A DNA stretch of 64,000 bases from positions 8,990,001 to 9,054,000 of the forward strand of contig CM022673.1 of the NCBI GenBank assembly GCA_012295275.1. The letters run 5' to 3'. Position 1 is the first letter of the stretch. Every line of letters starts with the position of its first letter. A model generated the notes under the pieces. That model saw only the letters and a program-made list of their open reading frames with translations. It was not told where the DNA came from and ran no database searches. A program made the position numbers and the translations under genes. Shown one piece after another: positions 14,117 to 26,100 of the stretch. The DNA comes from Chrysomallon squamiferum. Taxonomy: Eukaryota > Animalia > Mollusca.

Positions 14117-14176
14117 ATGCCTTTTAAGAGGCAGAAGTATTCAAAAATCCCAGGAAATTCTTTTAGTGACATGACA
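14117..14176 (+). CDS. WDR76: Putative WDR76 exon 1 (MPFKRQKYSKIPGNSFSDMT)
   Basis: ATG in CpG-rich region, GTGAGT donor, phase 0. Confidence 0.6.
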
Positions 14177-17100
14177 GTGAGTTTTAATTCATTTTTCTAG
14201 TTATTAATTATTATCGTTTATAGCTCCATTTCTTAAACCGTTAGCTTAAGCGAAGTTTAGGCATTCTGCCGCATGCACATTTTCCGCCGATTTTGCAATA
14301 TTGGTGCTAACCGAAGCTCCAGCGTGTGGTAAACTGTTTTTACTATTATCAGCATTAATAATCAACCTGAACATTTTGGGTGATAAACCGGCGATTATAA
14401 ATATATTAATTAATTATTATTATATTAGAAAAGAGGAAGGAAATGGGCAAGAGTTCCGAACGTTCCAACCTTTCTACAAGTAACAGTGACTCGAGTGAGT
14501 ATTATCACAATATCAGTATAACAAGAAAATTAATTAAAATACCTTCTTTTCTTTATCTCTACATTTATTATTATTATTATTATTTATTATTATTATCTTG
14601 TAATTCAATTCCAGTAGTGAAATGTTTTTAACACGTGCCAAATAATCAACTGGCGAATCGTACGCTTTTCCTTCCCGTTAGATGTGGCGCCATTACTGTC
14701 ACTGACATTGACAAGTGGATACATTCACAAAATTTCAGACTTTCATATTTCTAACCGCAGATGAGTTAGTTAGTTAGCAAATAAGGAATACTGAAGATAA
14801 TGGCGTTTACATTACAATATCTTATTCAGAATCAGAGTTACTGGGATTTATTTATTTACATCGCGTGAGGTTATATTCAACTTGGTTTAGTGTTTAGGTT
14901 TCAGGCAAAATTTTATCACAAAAAAAACATTCATATTATTATTATTATTCATCAGAAACAATTCAGACTTCGGCTATTAAGGTTATTTTTGTCAGAGGCT
15001 CCAATGAAGAGGTCAAATTCCATCGATTGCTAACTAAAATTACTATATTGTTCACATAGCAATGATGTCAATTTTTTTTTTTTTTTTTTTTTAAGTTTGA
15101 TTTTGTCTTAAAGACTTTATTTTGCATGAAAATGTTAAGGAAACTGCTGAAAAGGAAGTATTTGGTGCAAGAAATATCAAATGTGGTTAAACCTAATTAA
15201 GAAAAACAATAATAACAATTTTTTTCATTTTTAAATTATTAATTAAAAATATCAAAGATTTTAGGGGTTAATTTGTTTTGTTTTTTTTCCATTTCTCTAG
15301 CAGTTTCAGTTGTAAAACTGATGCAGTGAAAAAGAAAAAAGTATACCTAAAAATTCATAAAAACATCCATAAAAACTTTATTCCACTGAATTTTCATGTA
15401 TCCAATGTATATATTAGTCAGAATTTCATCCTGCATTTCTTCTTTCCATGCACCACTGATTTAAGTACCCTCCCACAATAATCCTCTTATGATCGTCATA
15501 AGAATAAAAGATCGTCCAATGAGAACATCATTGTTCATAAGCACAGACAGTTTTTGTTAGCACTGCTGATCTAAGACTGGATTTTCTGTCAGTTCTTCTA
15601 AATGGTCTTCAAGCTCAATCTTACTTGCCTTGGAATATAGCACCTTGAGATGCCACTGTTTCTGAGTGGTTTGTCTAATACATGTTTGTAATTTCAGCAC
15701 ATTTATTTTCTTGGCATTAGATTTTATAGTCCTCACCTGTTCTTAAATGGCCTGAGTACCATCCCACAACACAACAATATGAAATAAGATCTCAGACATC
15801 TTTTAATTTATTTTTTTAATTTATTTTTTCACATTCAACGATTCATTCACTTTTTGCTGTGAATTTATTAACTTTTTTTGCAGTAATTTCTCCTGTGTCA
15901 AATGTTGGTGCACCTTCGACCACATCAGTACAAGTCCCACATGCTGTTCTCTCTTTTCTTCAGTTAACAAATGCAGCCATGATCATGTTCTGTTTGACTT
16001 GAATGTAAACCTGGGATTCCACCTTGGGAAGATTTGCATATGATGCCCTGTAGGGATTAGGTCCTCGAACTATCTGTCTATTATGTTATTAATACTTTTG
16101 ACGCACATTTTAATAAAATGAACATATCTGCATATTTTGGAGCATCTTGAATGCAGTTCAGTGACTCAAACACTTGGGTTTTTTTTGACAGAGATACCTT
16201 CAAATACAGATCGTGCCTCATCTGTAAGAAGTGGTGTCTTATCAACAATAAATTGTAACACTTTTGTTCAAATTGTTGCCATTCAAGCACATCCATGGCC
16301 CAGTTATTTATTTTCCAATAAGTTCAGTCACCACCAACCAGTATTCTCCCTTTAGTCTATTTAAAACAGCTCTTTTTAAATTGTTTGATGGCGAGTGAGT
16401 AGTTGTTTTGTGTAATAAAATGCAAGCCCAGCATCTAGAAATAATATATGAAAATGATTTCCAATAAACCAGTAAAAATATACTTTTCTGTTGGAATCCT
16501 CCCTTGTCACCCTGCTATTTTTCAGATGAACCTCCAAATCCTGTTCACAGCCACAGTTAGCATCTGTCCAATGCTTTTGTACCACTTTTACTTGTACTTC
16601 TAACAGGCAACCTTTCTTTTCAGTATCCAGTAATACATGGTCCTTTTCATATTCCAGAAAGCAGAATTGCAGTGATGGGCCATACTGATAAGGGGATGAA
16701 GTGGACATTTGAAGTGGAGGGATTTTAATCCAAGTAGAAAGCCAGCTGATTTTCAACTGCTGCATTTGTCGCACACTGATCTGTCATAGTACTAGAAATG
16801 ATTTCCGAGACAGAATTTTCTTGGACGTCAGCAACAGATAGAGTCTGTATTTTTGAAATACATCCAAAATGCTTTCATGTAATCAGAAGCATAGCCATCA
16901 CTTTGTTGCCTCATGCCCACAAGAAACATAAAGTCCTTAAGTGAGATGATGAGCATGTTTTGTGATACCATTGTATCCAATGTTGATGTCCAGGACTTCA
17001 TGTAATGCTTCTTTTACTTGCTACTGCACCAATGACTTCATTTCACTACCTATTTGGTTAATTGTGGTGTAACTTGGCAGGTGTCCTAGCTTTCAAGCAA

Positions 17101-20100
17101 CCTCAAGTTCATTTTCTGTAGTAGTAGTTGTTTTAACTCTACCAGTTTCTCACTCATTTGCATTTCAGCATGGGCATTTAATTCATTATAATTTTACAAT
17201 TTCCTTCAAAGCCTTTATTTCAGATTGCAGATGTTTAATGGTACATTTAAGGGTGTGTCCAATCTTTTGGAAAATATTTTATATTATGTTTATCTTGTCA
17301 AGTTCTTCTTGTCAAGTTGTCACTGAAGAGGACATCCAAAAGCCAGAATTCTCCTCAGTTGCACTTTGTAGGGAAACAATTTCAAGTCACTATGAATAAT
17401 TCTTACGGTGGACTTCTGTGGCAACTGTTCCAAATGAGTCCTAACATCCTGAACATGAGCCAGTGTCCTGGCAGTCAAATGTTTTTACCCACACTACCAG
17501 TGTCTCTAAACTTCTCTATGAGCCTTCTGATAGTATTGCAATGTGGAATTTTCTTCCCTGTGAATTCACACTGAAATTGCCTCTGAACAAGAACAGGTGA
17601 TTTTGTAGCAAAGTACAGTTCAACAGTTTTGGTCCACTCCTGGACTGAAAACTTCTTCAGCATCCATCTTGCCATTTAAGGGTGTGTCCAATCTTTTGGA
17701 AAATATTTTATATTATGTTTATCTTGTCAAGTTCTTCTGCCTTCTTTCATTCAAGTTCTTTCATTAATAGGGATTGTTGTTTCGAAAACCTGCTTCATTT
17801 GAAGGACAGTTATCAGTATGCACAGGGAAGGAGGGATGTTTGAAAGCAATAAAGTACAGTGAATAACCTGTTGATGCATGAACTGATGATCTGTAGGCCG
17901 TGAGTATGGAAGACAAGTGGCTTCCCAGTCATCCTTGTATCATTGATACATTTTGATAGATTCTGCTGCAGAGTTCAGCAGCAACAGTAGATGCAGTCTT
18001 GTTAGGGATGGGCATGGCTTCAGGCCACTTGCTATAGTAGTCAGAAACAGTATAGCTGTTTCCCTTTTGACTGAGATTCATCGATCCTACAAGGTCTATG
18101 CCAATAGTGTGCCAGAAGATAGGAGTAACGGATAATGTAATGTAGAAGACTTTCTCAAACTGCCATTATTCTCACATTGACTAACATCACAGGTCCTTAC
18201 ATAGTTTCTCACATCACTAATTATTCCAAGCCAAAAGAAATGCTGTGTCACAGTCTTAATAGTATTATCACGGCCAAAATGTCCATGAAGACAATCAACT
18301 GCATGGCAGGAAGTTGCAATGCTCTGTTTAATGTCATCAATTGCTTGTCTGAGATTTTGTGTGGCATCCTTGTAATGTAGCTGGCCATTCACAATCAAAT
18401 AATGTTTTGCTTCTAGCAAGTTGTGTGCTTTTCTGTGTCTTGCTAAGCCCACCAGGGTATGTTGCAGAATGTATATACTGGAAGACTACATTATGTGTCA
18501 ACCAAGCAGTAGCTGGCTGCTTTACATCACTGGTGTCTTCAGACGTCATTTAGGTGTATTCACTTCAGTGTCATGTACAATAATGATACAGACTGGAGTG
18601 ATCTCTAAGCATTAATGGGACCAGCTAGAGCTAACATCAATGGCTGATTGTATTTGACACTTTTCATAGTTGAAGTGACGTAACTTACAACTTACAACAA
18701 AAAATAAGATAATACATGAATGCAATTCTCTGCCTACAGAATGGCTAGTTGTTGTTCTATGAGTATAAACATGTTACGATCATTCACAAGGGAATTGTAT
18801 TCATGTATTATCAAACTGAATTTCATGGGGAGGTGCAATTTCCAGGGATTTGTAATTAACTGCTACACCAAGACACAATCTTTGGCTTTGGAATTTGGAA
18901 TTTACAGGGTGGTCCACAAAAAGTGGTGCAGTTTTAATTTGCCTAATTTCTACAAATGTTGCAGTTACACCAAGATTTTTTTTTTTCTGTCAGGGGTAGG
19001 ATACCACTATAAGTTTTAGCATTTTCAGAATGTCCAGGTTTTTCCTTGTTTTTCTAGTAATTAATAACATGTTTAATCCAATCCCACACTTGAATCACGG
19101 CTGCCACACTAACATTAAGGTTGTTGACAATTCTCTCCAACATATCTTTTGGAATTCTCCTAATTTCTCGCCTGATGTTTTCCTTTAGTCTCTTGATTGT
19201 GGGAGGGTTGTCCTACTCTGTCTTTCAAGTAACCCCAGAGGAAGTAGTCTGGGGGGTTAGGCTGCCACACTAACATTAAGGTTGTTGACAATTCTCTCCA
19301 AAATATCTTTTGGAATTCTCCTAATTTCTCGCCTGATGTTTTCCTTTAGTTTCTCAATTGTGGGAGGGTTGTCCTGGTACACTCTGTCTTTCAAGTAACC
19401 CCAGAGGAAGTAGTCTGGGGGTTTTAACATTAAGGTTGTTGACAATATCTTTTGGAATTCTCCTAATTTCTCGCCTGATGTTTTCCTTTAGTTTCTCAAT
19501 TGTGGGAGGGTTGTCCTGGTACACTCTGTCTTTCAAGTAACCCCAGAGGAAGTAGTCTGGGGGACTATGGGGGCCATGGGTTGTCACTGAAGAGGACATC
19601 CAAAAGCCAGAATTCTCCTCAGTTGCACTTTGTAGGGAAACAATTTCAAGTCACTATGAATAATTCTTACGGTGGACTTCTGTGGCAACTGTTCCAAATG
19701 AGTCCTAACATCCTGAACATGAGCCAGTGTCCTGGCAGTCAAATGTTTTTACCCACACTACCAGTGTCTCTAAACTTCTCTATGAGCCTTCTGATAGTAT
19801 TGCAATGTGGAATTTTCTTCCCTGTGAATTCACACTGAAGTTGCCTCTGAACAAGAACAGGTGATTTTGTAGCAAAGTACAGTTCAACAGTTTTGGTCCA
19901 CTCCTGGACTGAAAACTTCTTCAGCATCCATCTTGCCATCAGATAAAACTGACAGCTACACTCTACCATTCACCTGAAAATGGAAATAAAATATTAATTT
20001 CTCTGGAAAACAAAATTCACCGCTTAAAATTTGACCGCTATTAAAGTATGTCAAAATATTAAAATTCAAGCAAGAAATGTTTTGATATTTATCATATATA

Positions 20101-23100
20101 TATATAACAAATAGAATGTTTCATTTGTCTGGTGCTTCATCAAGAAATCTACTTGCCTGGCAATATTTTAATTCAGTAAATGTTTTGTACACTGGACAGC
20201 CATTAAAGTACAGCAGAATAGATTTTCAAGTGCTAATTTCAAACTATGTATTAAAAGGATTCTAATATTTTACCCTGTTGGTTTAATGTCTGCAGTATCG
20301 ACATCCATCACAAGTAGTGGGGCGACTTCAGGATTATCTGCAGAAAGATTGCCAGTCTCCTCAGGGTGGTTGTCATTTTCAGGTGGGTTGCCATCAGGAG
20401 TGTCATCCTTTTGAAAGAGCTCCACTGTTGCTGGCTCAGCAGCAGGGCATATAGACAGGCTGATATCTGCTTCAGCATCCTGTTGGAAAACAAAAAGTTG
20501 AGCTATTTGAGGACACAGAAACACAATCAGTTGATATTAAAAAAATGTTAGTCAGAATGTACTTAATTTAGAACAAGCAGATCAATTGTAATGCTCAGTT
20601 TAAATAGTAAATGTACATCCAAAAACAGAGAACAAAGATTACATCCCTGAATCAAGCAATATCAAAACCTACAAATATTTATTGTTTTTACTAATTAGAA
20701 TAAAAAGTGTTACAAGTAAATTGCACTCAGCGTAAAATTATATATACCTTGCTGGGTGACAGTTACGCTGCAGAGACACTTCATTCCGGCCTTACAAAAT
20801 AGGATGGCAGTTGATATGAACACAGTTGTTTGATTCATCAGTAATGAAGCATGTTGCCAGCTGCCTTTCTCAGTTACTGGTGATATATGGTTTCACCATC
20901 CTAAGACAGGGCTGCTGTCTTGTCTGCTGTAGAGGTTTCAGGTTGCTCGCCTGCTGTCTCTTTCTCTTGATGTCCACACTTTCTATGAAGCAGAAGGATT
21001 GCTTGTAGTGGACATGACCATCTACTTTACTCAGGTGATCATATCAGTACAAGAAGAATTCCTCAGCGGTGTTAATTTCTGTTCTCCTTTCCTTGATGAT
21101 TAATAACTTTCTTTAGGGTACCAAACTCATGGTCCTTTGCCAAATGCTGTTCAGAATGAAGGCAAACTTGTTTTTGTATTGTGTAGGCACTCTATCAGAG
21201 AAATACACAACTTTTTGCATGGAAACACTGAACTTAAGTAGAACGTCCATTGTTAACAAGTTGAATGCATGGACAGCATCATGACAATGTTTCAGATCAT
21301 TACTTAAAAAAATTAATGAATGATTTGTCATCAGGTTAGTCATCTTCAGGACACCTGTATGAGGCAACATTGGCATGGAGTGTCACCAAATTGTGTCCCC
21401 AGGGTGCTCCCTGAGCCTCATCCTGGTACCAACATGAAAAATTCTCTGCAAAATCCTGGCAGATGATAACCCAGCCTGCTGGAACATCACTGGAGACTGC
21501 ATCATACTGTCTGCCTTGCCATCTGGCATTGAAGAGGTGTTTTAATATGCTGGCTGTCTCTTTCATCAGTTCTTTGATGAAATCAAGAGCCAGTAGGGTT
21601 TTTCTCTGTCTAGTCAGTTTCTTCTTGGTGACACCTTTGTGGATATATGTAGTGTTCTCCTACTTAAAGAAAACCACTTGTTCAGTGTGGGTCTCTAGTA
21701 GAGGACATAGTTTAATTTCAATGGCAGAGAGTTGATCAGGACAGGTCGATCTATCTTTATATGTTAAATCGTGTAAATGCTGAGATGCTGCGAAGGAACC
21801 ATTCCCCTCTAGTTTGAGATCAACATTTGCGCAATACTTGCAGAGGCAGTTCTGTTTTCTTATGCATGTTGAGGGCAAGACATCTACGGATCTCAGCTGT
21901 CTAAATTTTGCCTTTGAAATGACTGTAAGTGTATTTTCTGATCTAAACATTTTGTATGTGGCTACCACTGACATATCCATCACTCTCCTTATGGTGTTTC
22001 TTGTATGTTTTATGATGTATACATTGTGAATTCATATTGCCACAGGAAACTCGTCCTTGGATCCTTTCTTTGCACTTCGTGCATCTGGCTGAGTGCAGGA
22101 AATGCCACTCCTATAAAACTGCTCCACCTTTTGGAGTGTCTGTGATGGCAGAGCATCTTTTTTTTTTTTTTTTCAGACATTAAAGTCATCCAAATTCTTT
22201 GCTTTTTGCACCTTCTGGAGGAGTTAAAAGTTCATTCCTAAAAGTTTACTTTCTGAGTAAGAGTACTTTTTCTTTAGACTTAGCATGAGGGCCACCGTTT
22301 TCTTAGCAATGACATCCTCCTTATTTCATTTTTTTCTTAGTGCATGCATACTTTCCTTGAGTGATGACAACGATGATGCAAGAAAATTTATCCTTGCATT
22401 TTCCTTACTTGGCCAAATAATAAATTTAAAAATACTTTTTTTTATATACACATTATTTTTACATTATGTTTAGTTTGAAAAAGAGTTAGTTCTTGACCTT
22501 GAACATATTTACATTTAAAATGCTGCAGCAAGCATTTCCTGTTGCTGAATCCTTTTCAAATGTCTTATTTCTCTTTGTCTTTTTTGGAGTCTGGCGGATT
22601 TACTTTCCATCATGTGGATTTGTTCAGAATCCTTTGAATGGGTTAACTTCATAGTAGCTCCACCCACCTGTTGTAAACCCAGTGCTGCTACTGTATTGGA
22701 AACACTTTTTACACAGCTCTCATTAAATTCAATCACTGTCATTGCAACCCTACTGTTCACCCTTAATTTTCTTGGGGTATTTCTGCCAAATTATCGCATG
22801 CAGACTTTCATTACTATTTTGGGTTTTCCCTTTTAGACATCAACATAAAATATTTTTACCTCACCAAGTTGAATATAGATTGATGTAACAAATTGTCCAA
22901 CTGCTTTTGACAGTGGTGTTCTCACATTTTTAGCATGGCTGCCTGGTTGTTCACCCACATCCAATGCTCATTGATAAAAACACCAGCTGTCGAGCTTCCC
23001 CTCCCACTTTTATCAAAGCTGCTCCCATCCGTTTTGACACATTCTTCCTTTTCTAATTTACATTCATCCCTATACACACTGAAAGAGGATAGATGTAAAA

Positions 23101-26100
23101 ATGTTTTACCGTCACTATTTGACAGCATTGTTACATATCTAGATATTGACCTATTCCACAAAATGGCTGCAGTGGTTAGCCTTCCAGTTTAGATAATCTT
23201 GGTTTTCTCTGTCATAGCAGTCACCAACAGTAGCACAGACAGAGAATCTCATAATTAGTCATCCAACAACAATCATTTATAGGTGTCCTTGAGTCATCCA
23301 AGAAAGTGTTATATGACACACTCCTATCTATTACATCACTTTCTGAATTAAGATCAGCAGAGGCCTTTTTCACACAGGCTGATGCTGACTGCAAACATTT
23401 GAATAGCTTCAGAAACTGCCTTTTGGTCTTTCTTGTATGTTTTATGATGTATACATTGTGAATTTATATTGCAGTTTGTGCATATACTAGTAAATTTGCA
23501 CAGCATGTATGGCATCATTTATGATTTTTATGTGATTATATATATGGCCAATTCTCAAAAGGTGAGCCTTGATGTGTGACACATAAAATTATTTTTGAAT
23601 GGAAATGCTAATATCTGACAAACATAACCTGTTGTTTCTGCTTTTCTTTTCATAAAATGAACTTTTCTGACTCCACTTTCTTCTTCAGTAGCTATTTTGG
23701 CATATCTTGTGGAAGAACAATAGTTGGGCCATAATAATGATAATTGTGGAGCAGATACAATTGGTGCCAGGTTCTGCCTGTGAACTGCATACTGAGAGCA
23801 AGCAGGTACATGTGCAAGATGACTCTCTGGTGTACTTTCTCTGCAGACACTTGAGGCATTTTAAATCTTTTCCCTTTACTTTATGTTGTGTGGTCTGGTT
23901 CCATGTCTGAAACAGTTTTTGGTGATGCTGATGCTATCAAGTCATTAGTAGTGTGCACAGACTTCCATGGACTGAATGGCAGTGCAGCTTTTCTTTTTGA
24001 TGCTGGCATTCTAAAATCATTAGTATCATCTCTAAATAACACAGCACACCCAGGCTCTTTTAAAGTAGATGATTCTAAACAGGAACCTAACAACCCTTTT
24101 CATTGTTAGTATTTTCTATCCTGCCTTCTTTTTTTCCCTCATTGTTCTCGTCCAAGCTGCTGCTTGCTGATTGCTTTTCAGCCTCTGAGCATTGGTCATA
24201 TTTTCATGCTGTTTCTATTGGCATCTAGTTGGGATTGCTCTAAGTTTGTAGCATACTTTTCAGGATCCATTGTTTTCAACTTGAGTTTCCAGTCTCTTGT
24301 TGATTCAGCACCAGACCTTTTTTTTTTTGGTGTTGCTGGAGCTAAATGAGAAAGAAGCTGGTCTGTGATTATCTCATGATCATGGAAATGTTTGGCAAAT
24401 ATTCTTCTGCTCTGGTGAATAGTCATGATGGATGCAAAAACAGAAACCAGTTATTATTTTTCAGTTGACTAATTTAAAATGAATGAAAACCAACAACATT
24501 CTTGTTAACTGTTGTACCTAATTCAAATTGTGAGGCGGACTAGAGTGCATGAAGCTTTAAAATGATTATATTCAATACATTATCAATAAACAGTTGTAAT
24601 GTAAATAATACATCCTTGAATATTTTCAGTCATGTAGTTTAGTTTCTTTATTTCCAGTAATTCATTCAAGTATTGGAGTACGTGTAATAATACACCATTG
24701 TCCAAATGTTAATGTTTCTTCATGTTACTGACTACATAAATGTATCGATATTTGATTATATCATCTTCAGTAGGCAACAAATAGGTATAATGTGGCCTAC
24801 TTGTTTTCCCAGTGAAAATTCATCCTGCATAACATACAAGATTTTGGTAAAATAGTTTCTTCTAACAGCTTCTGGGATGATTTTTGGTCCTTCATGGATG
24901 CCCTTTGCAATTTTTCAGTAAAATAGCTGAAAAAATCTATCTTTGAGATTTGGAATCCTTATTAAATCAAGACATTAAATCCTTATTAAATCTAAATAGC
25001 TGGTCCAGGTTTTTAGTCATGTTAGCTATGATGTCTACCACAAAAGGAAGATCAGTTTATGCACTCTGTTTATATACAAAGAGATGTGTTGATGAAATAT
25101 AGTTCCTTTAATGTTTGTTGAAATCTCAAATTGATTTCTTAACTTAGTTTGTATTACTTCATATATTTATGTTGGACATTGAAAAATTCAATTTATGCAA
25201 CTTTTTTCAATGATGTTGTCTACTTTCTTTATCTCCATGAGTTCATTCTTCATGTAGTGGAGAACTACTTGCTGTAATCACACACCATTGTCATAATGTT
25301 TCTTCACATCAGCAACTATACAATTGTATTGATATTTGATTATAACATCTTCAGTAGGCAACAAATGGGTGGATTATGGACTACTTGTTTTCCCAGTGAA
25401 AACTGCTGCACAACATACAAAATTTTGGTAAAATAGTTTCTTTTAACATTTTCAGGGATGATTTTTGGTCCATCACTATGCACTTTGCAGCATCTCAGTA
25501 AAATAACCAATACGAAATGAAATTTTACAATGTTGCACCTGTAATCATACACTCTTGTCAAAATGTTAATGTTTCTCACATTACTGACTACACAAATGTA
25601 TCACTATTTGATTATACAATATTTGAATTTACAAGTTTGGCCTGGTTGTTTTCCCAATGAAAATCATGCACAAGATACAAGTTTTTGGTGAAATAGTTTT
25701 TCTAACAGCTGCAATAATGATTTAAAATATTACACCTGTAATCGTACACTCTTGTCAAAATGTTAATGTTTCTTTGCATCACTGAATTTCTATGGACAAC
25801 TGCCACCCATTTTTTATTCCAGTAATGATTTTCAAGCATAATGACATGCATACATGTATAAGGACACGTTTTTTTGATATTCAAACATAACAGACCATAT
25901 ATAAAATGAAATTCAGAGTAGTCTGTCCATAGTTCTCTAGTAAAGCTTTGTATAGTGACAGTTCATTCACAATTACAGGTTTAACTGTAACCAGGTATAT
26001 TAAGGTACTTCTTACAAGAGTTCATTGACACTTTTCAGTTTTCACACTTTTATGTTGTGTTCTGTTCTACTCAAATAATCCAGGACATGTTGGCTTTTTC

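Larger units (their letters stand above)
12180..15030. promoter_or_regulatory. CpG-retaining divergent promoter region between the LIM gene (-) and WDR76 (+)
   Basis: CpG visibly more frequent than in the flanking gene bodies; candidate minus-strand 5'UTR exon donors (GTAAGT) near 12398 and 12672; WDR76 ATG at 14117. Confidence 0.6.

Noticed and set aside
14443-14631. ORF MGKSSERSNLSTSNSDS as the WDR76 start
   Set aside because: It would leave the donor in phase 1, which does not fit the phase-0 acceptors of exon 3; the 14117 ATG plus exon 2 model fits better, though neither is proven
18096-18452. Intact LTR retrotransposon or domesticated GIN1 gene
   Set aside because: Only the Zn-binding region is readable; it is frameshifted, and no LTRs, RT or intact core are visible
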